Below are positions 55,631-64,000 of a DNA stretch of 64,000 nucleotides, piece after piece (position 1 is the stretch's first letter; each line of letters begins with the position of its first letter). The notes under the pieces were generated by a model. The model searched no databases. It had not been told where the DNA came from and saw nothing but the letters and a program-made list of their open reading frames with translations. The DNA comes from Octopus sinensis (taxonomy: Eukaryota). The position numbers and the translations under genes are program-made. The stretch is taken from the NCBI RefSeq assembly GCF_006345805.1, contig NC_043013.1, positions 26,226,001 through 26,290,000 of the forward strand. Direction: 5' to 3'.

Positions 55631-58600
55631 GATGATGATGATGATGATGATGCTTGCAAGGGAACAAAACTGTCATGCATGCAATAATTCAACGACCATG
55701 CATTAGAGAATTGTAAGATTATGTGGAGCAGCTGTTGTTGCATGTAAGATGTCTACCGAGTGTATAGTGAAGATCAACACACCGCCTTCCCTTTGCAGAG
55801 ACGAAGTCAGATATTTCTCAGCTTAGTAGAATCAATTTCTTCAAATATCATTTTAAAAGAAAGGTGAGGGTAGAGAAGGAGATGCTGCCTTCCAGTGTGT
55901 TTATCAAAATGTGGTCAACAATGCCAAGACTGGTGAGAGTGAATGGATCTACTTTGAATGTGCTTTTCTGAGGCAGGAGGAAAGAAACTGGAAGCGGATC
56001 GCAGAGTAATCTGGGATTTTGTGTAGAATTTACCCCAGATTATTTTAAGTGAGGGATTTACCCTGAATTACCCTAAGTGGACTATTGGGGATTCTATTTA
56101 TTTATTTATTATTTATTTCTCTACTTTCTATTACATATCCTTTAATGTAGTAAATATCTCCCCTTGATCAATGTTAACCCCACCTGTTTTGTAATGTTTG
56201 TTTTGTTGTGTTTCTTTTTGTGTGCTGCAACTCATTCTTCGATATTATCCTCCATATCTGGTGCCCTTGTCACCAATAGTAGAAATCATTATTATTATTA
56301 TTATTCTATGTTTGACTTTTGCTTTACATTTGTACAAGTTGACTCCAAGTCTCACCCAGAGACCTCAAGAGACATGTTGGAAGTTCATGTTGGTGTTATG
56401 CCTAGGGTGCCATATATTTGGTTTTGTACTTAGTGTTGTACTAGTGAATGTTTAAGAAACCATAAGGAAATTGTTTGTTTTAAAACTTGAGATTACATAG
56501 AAAGTATTTTGCATAGGATATGAGCAGTTCCCATGAGCACTATTTTTTGAATTTATGCCATTTTGGGGTTTCCTGGTATCTGAGTTAGGAAGCAATCAGC
56601 CCCTCTTGCTATCATTCCCAGGGCACCTATGACAACAGGTATTGTTTTAGTCTTCAGGTTCCACATTTTGCTGATTTCTATTTCAAGATCTTTATATTTG
56701 CTCAGTTTTTGGTAGGTCTTGACAGATACATTTATGACAGTCATATCAATGAAGAGGCATGATTTTTGTCTGAAGCTTTTCAATATGATGTCTGGCCTAT
56801 TCGCATCTATCTTTCTGTCAGTTTGAATGGTGAAGTTCCAGAGGAGTGAGATGTGGTCATTTTCAAGCATTGGAAGTGGTTTGTGTTCCCACCAGTTTTT
56901 ATCATAGGGCAAGTCCAGGCTTTTGCAAATTACCCAGTGAATATATTGTGCAGCTCTATCATGCCTGTTGAGATACTCTGTATGCACAAGAAGACTGCAC
57001 TTGGAGACAACATGATCAATGGTTTCATTTTGTTGTTGACATACACGACATGTTGGGCTACTGCCGTTCTTTAATATGTTGGCCTTGTAGTTCCTTGTAG
57101 GAAGGCATTGATCTTGAGCTGCTATGATAAACACTTCTGTTTCAGATTTTAAACAAGAGGCCATTAGCCATTGATGGGTCAGGGCTTTGTCAACATCTGC
57201 ATTATTCGCTCTATTATTATTATTATTGAGTGAGAAAGCAGTGCATGCCATCAAAGTGACACTGGGGTAAAATATACGAAGCCCAATATACCCATCATGA
57301 CTACCCGTCTGATAAGGGTACACCAGGCACATGCATCACAACCATATGTGCGCGACATGGTGATCTCATATCAAGATAAACAGCACATTATTATTATTAT
57401 TATTATTATTATTATCATTATTATTATTTTGTCCAAAAGGCTGTGAGTAGGCAGAATCATTAACATAGTGGACAAAATGCTTAACAGTATTTTACCCATC
57501 GCTACATTCTAAGTTCAAACTCCACCAAGGTCGACTTTACCTTTCATCATTTCAGGGTCAATAAATTAAGTACTAGTGAAACACTGGGGTCAATATAATC
57601 AACTAGTCCTCTCCCCACAAATTTCAGTACTTGTGCCTTTAGGAGAAAGGATTATTTTGCCTCTTAGCAGTATTTTGCCGATTGCTACATTCTGAGTTCA
57701 AATTCTGCCAAGGCTGACTTTGCCTTTCATCCTTTCAGGGGCAATGAATTAAGTGCCACAGTGAAGCACTTGGGTCAAGGGAATCACCTCATCCCCTCCC
57801 ACAAAATTGCTGCCATTGTGGCAAAATTTGAAACTATTATTTTGCCTTTCATCTTTTCAGGGTCAGTGAAATAAGTATCAGCCACACACAAATAAGTATC
57901 AATCACACCAAGCTGTTCTTATTATTTAGTATCTCTTTACAGTCTAGTATCTATTACTGTCTAGACAAGTGGAATTTGGGAGTTAAATGATTGTACCACA
58001 GACAAAATGATTCAATTTTAAAAATATTTCTAACCTTTGAACACAGCCTTCAAGATTGTTACATCAAATTCTTCAGCTGAATCTATTTCAAAAATAGTTA
58101 TCAGGTTTGGTTTATTAACGGAATCCAACACAAGATTAACCATTGGTTCTACCTGTTCATTTTTACCAAATTTTGTAGTAATTTGTTTTCTTATAACAAC
58201 TTTCAGTTTCTTTAGTTGAGATCTAGAAAGATTATTTAAAAAAAATTGTAAAACTTTTAATAGTGAATAAAAGAAAGTTATATGTAAAGAATAGTACAAG
58301 ATCTACACTAATGTAACAATACAAAATATGTTAACTAGACTACTACCTTGGTGCCCTAGTGATAAATAATGTTAACCAGGCTACACTATTAGTGACTCAA
58401 ATAACAAATGATGTTAGCTGATAGATCTCATGCTTGATGAAACAGAGCTTAATTAAAGGAGGAATGACACCACCCATAATTTTTACAGGACATCTAAGAA
58501 TGATGAAGGAAATACAAGAATAAATCACCACTCATGTGTTGCTGCTAATCAATTCTTGGATCTTGTAAATAGTTAACCTAGAAATCATAGTGTGGGTAGG

Positions 58601-59972
58601 TCTGACAAGAACTGGAGTTGTCCTTAGAGATGTTATTCACAGTATCTCTGTCATATGGTTGTAGGCCTTGTTTCGAGAACCTCTTATGTATCAATCTGCT
58701 GGAAAATAATGGTGCTATACATTGAAAATGCTGTGAATCAAGACATTATGTTATCCTCACATTGATGACCTGATCTGAATGCTTGCAATATTGTGGATTC
58801 TGTTAAAGGCAGAGAAAGATTAAGTACATCCAGAAAGATTAAACTACATCCAGAGACAAGGTCCCCAAGCAGAACTGGTTAAATCTGTATTGGATTGGTA
58901 CATATTTATCATTTATGTTTACAGGTTTTTTAATGATGTTTCCTGTCATATATACTATTTGCTAAAAGGAGAAAATATAGACAAATCCAAACTTCAGGCA
59001 TTTTCTTATCTGAATTCAATACCCTTCCCAAGAAAATATGTGTCCTTGTGTCAATATAAAAATCTCTATTCTGATTATCAATAGTGTCATAAAGCCACAA
59101 AATTCAGTCAAACTCCAACTCTACGACTACTATTTCTAAAATCAAAGTGTCAATTTCAGCAACAGGTGAGTTGCAAGCCGACAAGAGAGCTTTTACATTG
59201 TCATCCAAATTGTTTGAAATAGAAGCCAAATAATCCCTCAAGACACACTATTTTTTTTTAAATGTTGGCTCATACATGAATTGGATAATGTAGTCTCATA
59301 CAAGGATATCAAGAAAACTTTTGCCCAACTGTTTCCTTGTTTAGGGCCAAGAGGAACTTAACCAATATCATCACCTCAACAAACAACAACAATTATCATT
59401 CTATCAAAATGAAGAACAAACCTATAAGTTTCATCTTCAAACATTTTTTGATAAGCATAAGCCATGATGTCTGCAGCTCGACCAGATCCCTGAAAATAAA
59501 ATGGAGATAATTAACTAATTAATTAAAATCAAATGATGAGATAAGAAATAATACCTGGGAATAAGCAAGTAGTTTTAAAAATTACTCTTTAAACACACAT
59601 ATGTATTATTTGTAGTTTCCAAGATGAGATAAGAAATAATACCTGGGAATAAGCAAGTAGTTTTAAAAATTACTCTTTAAACACACATATGTATTATTTG
59701 TAGTTTCCAAGAAAGATAGTAGCAGTACTATACATGAATTTAATGTGAATTTAGCTGTAACACATGCAGGGAAGATATACATATTGTGGAAATAATAAAG
59801 TAAAGTAGATAGAGTCAACTGTTATTCTGGTATGAGACTGAACCAAACTGTTCTGATACCAATTCCTTAGAGCTGAGTTGTAACAATATAGAATAAAAAT
59901 GTCAATAAAAAATACGATAAATGCCAATTGTGGATTTGAACTTGTAATACCTGAATGTAAACCATTTCACAA

Positions 59973-60006
<34 letters not shown>

Positions 60007-61807
60007 TTATCTATCCATCATTTTCTCTCTTTATTCATTTCAGTCAATGAGAGAATATTCTCCAGTTAACATCAAACGTCAATCCAAATAAGCTGTTGTA
60101 AACTCCTGTGTTGCTCTTACCTTCATTGCAATCTATAAAGTATCATGAGTTTGTGGTTGTTTCACTTGTTGTTACTGTTGTAGTGCAGCTGTATTATGGA
60201 TGTTGTTCGTGAAATGGCTGGATTTGATCTGTAGATATACCATATTGTTCCTGTAATGTGCAATCTGATGTGCAGAGCTTTGTAATACAGGTTGCAGTGT
60301 ATCATCAGCTTGGATAGGTTGCATTTCTTCCATCGTTTCATTTCTGGGCACCAATAGACGTCGAATGAACCCCTTCTTGGAGTGTGATAATTACTGTGCT
60401 TCTGCACTTGTTTCTAGTGGTATGTTTCTCAGCACAGAGCTTGAAACTAATATGGCTGATGTGTTGGGGATGTGTGAGCAGTTAGTTTCATTGAAAATGA
60501 AACAGTATAGAGCGTGTGATGTTTGAGCTGGATACAACAAACTCTGCCAATACATATCCAGGTGTTTTTTTTATTTTGAGTATTTTAATTTCATTGTCTA
60601 GGTTGTTGTTGTTTGTTGTTGTTGTTATTGTTGTTGTTGTTGTCGTCGTCGTTGTTGTTTACATCCTTGTCAGTTAATCTGTTATCAAGTGACATTCAAG
60701 CTATGATGATCTTGTCTTTTAGCATAGTGACAACTATGTCAAATGTATCCTTACATTTTTAAACCAATAAGGTGCAATTTGATGGAGATTTAGCTGCTAT
60801 TTCCAGCAAGTTCAGCTAATCATTAACTTGCTTATTCACATGGTCTGCGGAAATGGTTTATACATTGTATGTAAAGATATGAAGTGTATGATTTTGTGAT
60901 CTTTGTAGATTGTTGAAATTGATTGTTAAGTGATTAGGGGTCCAGACAGAACTGGTATGATGCAAGATGGATCTTTGTGTTGGTCAAATATGGGGTCAGT
61001 CAGTGTTTATAGTTTTTTTCAGCTAAACTCTTGCCTTCTTTTAGGATGTGTTGTAAATGTAGAGAAGGTATTATTGATAATTTTTAGTAGGAAGAACAAG
61101 TCCTCTGCCTTATTAAATGGCTACCTCATGTCTTTCAAGATGTTGGAGCCACAATGTTCTCTTAAGATGTTTATATTGGTGTCATATTTTGGCAAAAGGC
61201 CAGCAATTTTGGGGGAGGGTTAAGTTAATTACAACCGAGACTTATTTTACGAACCCCATAAGGATGAAAGGCAAAGTGGACTTTGATAGAATTTGAACTC
61301 AAAATGTAAAGACTGACAAAATTCCACTGAGCATTTTGCCTGGCATGCTAATGATTCTGTCAGCTAACTGCTAATATCAAGAAAATAAATTACTATTCTT
61401 GGTCCAATTTAGAGACAGACTTTTTAAACAACATTGGTTATAAAATACTCTGAGTTAAGTACATATAAAATCATTCATCTAATACAAATAGTCATAAGAT
61501 TTAAGTAGTTGACCAGGAAACCAATGATCAGGTAGATAATTAAATAAGATATTTATATAGAATTCTGCACCAATAAAATACTCATATAGTCGTTCCATTT
61601 AGTTTTCTTAACCACAAGTTTCTTCAGATATGTAAACATTATGAACTGAATAAACTCCCAGTAACCTTATTTACATAATAGTCTATTTACTGACCTTTAC
61701 TATTACAACTGGGATGTTGCGTGATATTGAATCACAAACTGACTTCAGAGTTCCAGGTCCACCTTCAACCATTACTACAACAGCTGGAATCTTAACCGTA
61801 TTATTCC
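12987..61807 (-). CDS. TRPM: TRPM-family cation channel (invertebrate TRPM2-like pore, no C-terminal enzyme domain), 5'-partial, 20 coding exons in window
   Basis: Manually spliced exons with phase-consistent junctions give VEGGPGT, GSGRAAD, LALEWNRIDIAKSEIF, DRVDFVKLFLEYG, LFLWAL, FYCTP, EEIHQ, DFWNIVD, LGPKLVMI, MYGELF, LLLNLLIAMF, WSFQRY..PPLPPPF, then a coiled coil and a stop. Confidence 0.95.
14485..14539 (-). CDS. TRPM: TRPM exon (coiled coil): IDQLALKVEELQHNVEEK
   Basis: ccttccag acceptor, AAG|gtttgt donor, heptad pattern. Confidence 0.85.
16555..16687 (-). CDS. TRPM: TRPM exon (C-terminal rib helix region): KQFDVNRSKHLILWEDQMVDSYISKKDISVSDSLYEKVISSSN
   Basis: tctacag acceptor, AG|gtaagc donor; L..WE....Y pattern; phases fit both sides. 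Confidence 0.88.
16720..17850. repeat. Degenerate minisatellite (roughly 35-45 bp unit)
   Basis: Recurrent aacacatagataaagttgtagtggttacagagtgtagtggt-like units. Confidence 0.7.
18230..18450 (+). mobile_element. CR1/L2-type LINE 3' fragment
   Basis: KHFFMLRIAEAWNKLPASV, resembling the C-terminal FF..R....WN.LP motif. Confidence 0.6.
19292..19479 (-). CDS. TRPM: TRPM exon (TRP helix): FSFQKVQERSYHHWSFQRYELIYEFSVRPPLPPPFILL...
   Basis: ttttag acceptor, A|gtaagt donor; TRP box and PPPF motif; within ORF 19266..19604. Confidence 0.95.
20249..21493 (-). mobile_element. Tc1-family transposon, decayed (copy 1)
   Basis: TIR cagaagtaaatagaca at both ends; ELSEFQRDHIVG N-terminus; APCHTAK and SPYMNPIE (DD34E-type) motifs. 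Confidence 0.9.
21793..21982. repeat. Inverted repeat with roughly 55-bp arms
   Basis: accaaagcaccatgaaggtaaatgattgt is perfectly complementary to acaatcatttaccttcatggtgctttggt, with imperfect extensions. Confidence 0.85.
22304..22606. repeat. Near-perfect inverted repeat with roughly 105-bp arms (Penelope pLTR-like)
   Basis: 22304-22409 complementary to 22502-22606 with only one or two mismatches/indels; spacer about 92 nt. Confidence 0.92.
22436..22494 (-). ncRNA. Minimal type I hammerhead ribozyme motif
   Basis: Minus strand tgccg-CUGAAGA-ggggaaaatt...aattaacccc-GAAA-uugg-a-ccaa-UA-cagua: core, stem II, palindromic stem III, AUA cleavage triplet, stem I with one mismatch. Confidence 0.6.
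23105..23210 (-). CDS. TRPM: TRPM exon (S6): NIKSNLIMYIAPILMCLYILIVHILLLNLLIAMF
   Basis: cttgcag acceptor, AG|gtaaga donor, LLLNLLIAMF motif. Confidence 0.95.
23250..23660 (-). mobile_element. Two tandem tRNA-derived SINE copies (Nin-domain-like core)
   Basis: Core aaaggatgaaaggcaaagtc...gaatttgaactcag shared with many copies in the window. Confidence 0.75.
24264..24438 (-). CDS. TRPM: TRPM exon (S5-pore): IQDLGYFIVILLVFMIAFGISTQSILYP...AYFHMYGELFLEEYE
   Basis: ctttcag acceptor, G|gtaaac donor; within ORF 24160..24483; MYGELF filter. Confidence 0.96.
25815..26290 (+). mobile_element. maT/DD37D transposase fragment
   Basis: WKQDSVP...WSPNSSDCDPIDYYVW with 37 residues between the second and third catalytic D. 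Confidence 0.8.
26317..27070 (+). mobile_element. Penelope-like element remnant with inverted tRNA-like head, hammerhead-like core and ORF fragment
   Basis: Palindrome 26317-26474; gacac-CTGATGA-aggctgg...tcagcc-GAAA-t-gtgtt at 26571-26613; RHRKIIWFTPPYS linker motif typical of Penelope-like elements. Confidence 0.7.
27075..30225 (+). mobile_element. Mariner 5' fragment split by a LINE insertion
   Basis: MELSKRDIRAILLFNFKK...EIFGED at about 27140-27250 resumes as TSVWSARKWFKRFCSGNLRLEDRELSGHPS at about 29918. Confidence 0.8.
27250..29915 (+). mobile_element. Tx1/L1-clade non-LTR retrotransposon, decayed
   Basis: APE motifs (ATET, GVLVL, RLVAVYAPN); RT motifs (KAPGLD, RPITLLN, LDQSKAF, RQGCPLSPLL, YAD); GGLG motif; CCHC-like knuckle in an inverted block. 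Confidence 0.9.
31089..31334 (-). CDS. TRPM: TRPM exon (S3-S4): LLTRSSMSLWIRFTNYINDFWNIVDV...HLGPKLVMIKKM
   Basis: atttcag acceptor, ATG|gtaagt donor; DFWN..D and LGPKL motifs. Confidence 0.96.
31445..33245 (+). mobile_element. Decayed RLE-type LINE (HERO/R2-like)
   Basis: VLWLDLVNAYGSIPH RT motif; PLCP...SFEHILSNC...WRQD zinc-knuckle/RHD-like motif. Confidence 0.75.
33554..33682 (-). CDS. TRPM: TRPM exon (S1-S2): IFYVIFLVIYSYVLLVELKPQMSYLEWLLLVWVIGIFTEEIHQ
   Basis: atttcag acceptor, CAG|gtaaat donor; within ORF 33506..33802. Confidence 0.95.
34565..34664 (-). CDS. TRPM: TRPM exon: NQKSRICPSSLSKVLCRCVTFYCTPFIKFLNNL
   Basis: aatccag acceptor, TTG|gtatgt donor, FY.TP..KF motif preceding S1. 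Confidence 0.9.
36178..36203 (-). CDS. TRPM: TRPM 26-nt microexon: DYNGRNNK(L)
   Basis: tttacag acceptor, TT|gtaagt donor; supplies exactly the phase 0-to-2 change the next exon needs. Confidence 0.65.
38080..38292 (-). mobile_element. tRNA-derived SINE (Nin-domain-like core)
   Basis: Full-length-looking copy of the window's dominant SINE, flanked by (TAA)n/(TAG)n. Confidence 0.8.
38435..38494 (-). CDS. TRPM: TRPM exon (pre-S1): LLLCTFCPLFIFLINFDDKQ
   Basis: ctttcag acceptor, CAG|gtaata donor, hydrophobic pre-S1 segment, 60 nt phase 0-0. Confidence 0.88.
38752..38915 (+). mobile_element. tRNA-derived SINE (second family)
   Basis: ggctgtgtagtaaga A-box-like and ggttcagtccc B-box-like motifs; matches 9445-9605. 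Confidence 0.65.
38920..40135 (+). mobile_element. Tc1-family transposon, decayed (copy 2, same family as 20249-21493, opposite orientation)
   Basis: Same TIR and homologous ORF remnants (KPDLLRLLH.TWQ.IP.ENI.HLIINMPNRV); internal ~50-bp duplication at 39760-39850. Confidence 0.9.
40739..41566 (+). mobile_element. Internally deleted mariner with long (~170 bp) inverted termini
   Basis: 40745-40910 inverted to 41395-41560; HTH remnants ending SAKFVPKL; catalytic domain absent. Confidence 0.85.
41632..41857 (-). CDS. TRPM: TRPM exon: LYEECAIGVLTECYHADEKRT...FVSQPACQSLLSKMWIGSISTNNSTLK
   Basis: ttttag acceptor, AAG|gttggt donor; overlaps ORF 41599..41829; conserved ECY and CQ.LL..MW.G motifs. 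Confidence 0.95.
42300..42845 (-). mobile_element. R4/Dong-type LINE 3' fragment interrupted by an RTE-tail repeat
   Basis: Minus-strand RHDK, LWNF, PDVI, LLIDVAVP, KYKDL..EIRRMW, IIGAL motifs; insert at about 42515-42625. Confidence 0.7.
42850..44070 (+). mobile_element. Penelope-like element 3' part (GIY-YIG endonuclease and pLTR)
   Basis: KCRTPNCGIC...FTCASENLIYILTCSGCQEQYIDQT (LIY/YIG-like) in ORF 43012..43374. Confidence 0.85.
44100..45003 (+). mobile_element. RTE-clade LINE reverse transcriptase fragment
   Basis: QFGFVPRKSTTNAI..VRQLQEK, LAFVD..KTFDRVP and GVHQGSVLSPLLF motifs, with stops. Confidence 0.9.
45207..45307 (-). CDS. TRPM: TRPM exon: EVLPLALIANKLLKSLKLKCNDYDKRIKFQEHA
   Basis: tcaccag acceptor, GA|gtgagt donor, AL.A.KLLKSL motif. 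Confidence 0.92.
46804..46892 (-). CDS. TRPM: TRPM exon (MHR4): NLPITTKLFLWALFLNRKEMAFLFLKGDM
   Basis: atttcag acceptor, ATG|gtaagt donor, LFLWAL..NR.EMA motif. Confidence 0.93.
47110..48200. mobile_element. SINE cluster including a head-to-head pair
   Basis: Minus-strand copies at 47110-47340 and 47390-47575; inverted pair 47925-48200 centred near 48058. Confidence 0.8.
48228..49070 (+). mobile_element. Penelope-like RT fragment between inverted pLTR pieces
   Basis: PADKGNATV, KKDPT, MYGLLKIHKDGIPLRP, YVKNS motifs; pLTR with tRNA-like and hammerhead-like parts on the minus strand at 48228-48460; partial pLTR on the plus strand at 48975-49070. Confidence 0.85.
49085..49900 (-). mobile_element. 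Tandem array of about 4 SINE copies
   Basis: Repeated SINE cores separated by (AAG)n and (TAA)n. Confidence 0.8.
49985..50099 (-). CDS. TRPM: TRPM exon: ESKDISIKDGVPLFHKLVDEYALLQKKAGKDRLSAIYQ
   Basis: gtttcag acceptor, T|gtaagt donor; phase-1 end fits the next exon; poorly conserved region. Confidence 0.75.
50255..50488. mobile_element. MITE (Tc1/mariner-like)
   Basis: About 35-bp imperfect TIRs agggttggtcaaaag..gacagtaaatcaaa / tttgatttactgtc..cttttggccaatcctg. Confidence 0.75.
50740..51191 (-). mobile_element. Non-autonomous Helitron
   Basis: Minus strand starts A|TCaatacatataaagctgaag, has a (TG)n tract, and ends with a cctgag..ccgggc hairpin then CTAG|T. Confidence 0.75.
51670..52200 (+). 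mobile_element. RTE-type LINE RT fragment
   Basis: VKQGDTISPKLF and HLQFVEDTVL (YADD-equivalent) motifs. Confidence 0.7.
52900..53034 (-). CDS. TRPM: TRPM exon: PDKWVYPMLFALREDRVDFVKLFLEYGVSLKELLTDKNIENLYKM
   Basis: ttgctag acceptor; DRVDFVKLFLE motif; in-frame 3' end needs donor ATG|gcaagt (a GT donor 11 nt further on, exon end 52889, shifts the frame). Confidence 0.88.
53861..53958 (-). CDS. TRPM: TRPM exon (MHR3): NNNEFENLRLALEWNRIDIAKSEIFTDGTYWP
   Basis: tctcag acceptor, CCA|gtaaga donor, conserved LAL.WNR.DIA..EIF motif. Confidence 0.95.
54350..55540 (-). mobile_element. Several R4/Dong-type LINE 3' fragments at (TAA)n
   Basis: ETESTILVAQDQAL, CHIC...ETI, LWDFPI motifs on the minus strand; a short plus-strand tail at 55410-55540. 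Confidence 0.75.
56300..57210 (-). mobile_element. R4/Dong-clade LINE 3' part (CCHC + restriction-like endonuclease)
   Basis: ORF 56553..57332: AAQDQ, CRVC..ETIDHVVSKC, RHD, RPDI, KYKDL, IPVVIGALG; bounded by TAA/TTA repeats. Confidence 0.9.
57440..57880 (+). mobile_element. Tandem SINE copies (plus orientation)
   Basis: gcctttcatcctttcaggg..aataa..aagtac core present two to three times. Confidence 0.75.
58035..58222 (-). CDS. TRPM: TRPM exon: SQLKKLK...ITIFEIDSAEEFDVTILKAVFK
   Basis: tttctag acceptor, G|gttaga donor; lies within ORF 58030..58299; phases match neighbours. Confidence 0.9.
59422..59489 (-). CDS. TRPM: TRPM exon: GSGRAADIMAYAYQKMFEDETY
   Basis: ttttcag acceptor, AG|gtttgt donor, GSGRAAD motif continuing the previous exon in phase. 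Confidence 0.92.
59535..59712. repeat. Perfect 88-bp tandem duplication
   Basis: Unit gatgagataagaaataatacctggg...tgtagtttccaa starts at 59535 and again at 59623. Confidence 0.9.
61175..61375 (-). mobile_element. tRNA-derived SINE
   Basis: Same core as the other dominant-family copies. Confidence 0.75.
61695..61807 (-). CDS. TRPM: TRPM exon (MHR2): NNTVKIPAVVVMVEGGPGTLKSVCDSISRNIPVVIVK
   Basis: ttttag acceptor, AAG|gtcagt donor, TRPM VEGGPGT motif. Confidence 0.93.
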
Positions 61808-63200
61808 CTAAAATAACAACAAAACACAATTTGATTAAGGTATAAAATATATCTGTTTAATATAAGAAGTTAAACTTGACTCACCTGATTAAATTTTAAA
61901 ATATACCTGATTAAAGTATAAAGTATAATTTGAATGAGGTGCTAAACATACCTGATTTAGTATAAAATATATCTGATTAAGGCATAAAATTTACTCAAAT
62001 TAAGATATAACATTTGGCATCAGAAAAACCTTTCTGGTTTTCAGAAAACACAAAACTATAAAAGTTCCATAAGGTGATTTTTTTTAATGAAGACATGAGG
62101 CTTAAAAGTTGTAGGTAGCTTGTAATGCAATGATTAATAGTATTAATTTTATTCTGAACTAATTTGATTTAACTCTTATTTATATAATCTGTAGTTAACC
62201 TGTTTGTTAACAAAACATTTCTATATAAAGCTTTTTATATAAGCACAATATATTTAGTATATTCATTATTATCATTGAATATTAAAAATTCAATTAGAAT
62301 TAGAATAATTGGCATGTAGGAATGGTAAATCATTGCAGTTATTCCAGTGAAATTTCTTACATGTTTACCTAACTTATGATTCTTTATAATTCCTATTAAC
62401 AAATTAAACATGTGTAATAGGGACGAAATAATACCAATAAATTCTCCAACTTCCTCTTTTTATATAATAACTCTGCAAAAAATATTTCCAGAATCTTCAA
62501 CTCTAATATGTATGTTACATCAACGCAACAATGGCAGCATCTGCATACTGAATTGTAATACTAGGATAAGCAAATGTGCTTCAAGAGAACAATTATGAAG
62601 ATCATTTCTCAACACTTCATCTTACATCTTCACGGGTCAATCCCTGTGGAAGGGGTAGACCCAGGAAGACAGACAGACAGATAGATTTTCAACTGCTGGA
62701 AATAGCTTTTAGATTTTTGTGAAATTGAGATGTGGAGTTGTCTCCCATACTTACCATAAAAATAATACATTAAGAATTGACTAATAAGAAGGGTTTTTTT
62801 TCTTCAATGCATAATTATTTCAATTTCTGCTATCCCTGCATTAAATCTGTTACCACTAAGTTAACTATTCCCAATTTCTTTTTATATTTATAAAAAAAAA
62901 ATTGGGAATTAGTCATTCAGATATACTATTCTCATGAAAAACAGTATTTAATATTTAATACCTGGAGCATCAAAGAGCTTAACACTGAATACTCATGAAG
63001 GATAGAAAAATAAATATTTGTTAGTGATTTATGTTAGCTAATAATTATTTTGGCAAGTGCATGAGACAACCTCAGTCATGTTTAAGTTTTGCTACAATCC
63101 ATCAACAAAGCACAGACTTCCGTATACATGGTACTAAGTTATTCTAGACTGGATGATGTAATTGTTTTGAAACAAATATATTAACAATACTTGCATTAAA

Positions 63201-63229
63201 GACCCGTCGTTGCCGGGTCATAGTGCTAG
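63201..63229 (+). mobile_element. Helitron-like 3' terminus
   Basis: gacccg-N7-cgggtc hairpin followed by CTAG|T; 5' end not located. Confidence 0.5.
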
Positions 63230-64000
63230 TGCATGTATATATGTGTATATATATGTGTACATATTACATATACATCTATATATATATACATCTATATATA
63301 TATAAATATACATCTATATATATATATAAATATAGTTATATATTTTGAGACTGGAATTGTTAGCCCGTCTCTTGCAATTTCGATCAGTTGGGAGGGGGAA
63401 ATTTTTAATTTTTTCCGGGACGTCCTACGTCCCAGATATAAAGGTACAAATAAAATATTTCCACTTTGCAAGTTCAAGTCAAGTACTCTCTTGCACGCTC
63501 CGTTAACTCGAACCTTGCTTCTATTGTGGCAAATTTACCGCCTCTGATTAGATGTCTTTCATAGTCGCACCAAGACACTTTTCGAAGGTGCTTTCCTCCA
63601 TGTGTTCAAATCTTCTTTTTTCTTTACATTGTATACTTTATAGACAATAGTCTTTTCTTTAATTTAATTTTTTATTATCCATCTGGACTATTCCATTTCT
63701 GCTCGCTAATTTTATTTTAATTTATTCCCATTCATGTGAAACCACTTATTCAAGTTCAAGTCATTGATGCAATTTTATACCAATTGCTATTTTTACTTTT
63801 TTGTTATGTTACGATTATATTATACTTTAGTTTGATTTTAATTATTACTTACTACATATAATTCAATTGTTATTATTATTTTTATTGTTAAAGTGAAAGT
63901 ATCTGACATAAAATAGAGAAATGTTTTTGTTTCACTTTTAATACGTAATACTGAAATAGTGGAGAAGATATGATATTGCTATGGGCTCACTCTAGGCAAG

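Noticed and set aside
56553-57332. 259-aa ORF as a host gene
   Set aside because: A chimera of an unrelated repeat, a (TAA)n-derived poly-Asn run and a LINE endonuclease fragment
60100-60480. Possible Penelope GIY-YIG remnant on the minus strand
   Set aside because: Only a vague Cys/His pattern; too decayed to support a call
62435-62472. Candidate upstream TRPM exon (ttttgcag...TTG|gtatta)
   Set aside because: The frame needed to join the 61807 exon contains a TAA, and there is no TRPM similarity

Overview
AT-rich, microsatellite- and transposon-dense animal genomic DNA. The SINE/LINE repertoire looks molluscan, most likely octopus; that is inferred from repeat types, not verified. The only host gene I can support is a minus-strand TRPM cation-channel gene. 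I traced 20 coding exons by hand from 61807 down to a stop at 12987 (about 815 aa in this window; the 5' exons lie beyond the window). They cover the end of MHR1/2, MHR3/4, S1-S6, the TRP helix and the coiled coil. The pore and Ca2+-site motifs resemble invertebrate TRPM2, but the protein stops right after the coiled coil (no NUDT9-H or kinase). It also has a very short cysteine-free outer pore loop, and needs a GC-AG intron (or an exon I missed) to stay in frame. The introns and downstream region hold decayed mariner, Tc1, maT (DD37D), Helitron-like, Tx1/L1, HERO-like, RTE, R4/Dong, CR1/L2 and Penelope-like elements, plus many SINEs. Several long inverted repeats and minimal hammerhead-ribozyme motifs are present; one sits sense to the pre-mRNA, inside a long hairpin about 500 nt past the S6 exon. 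Element boundaries are approximate and no database searches were run.
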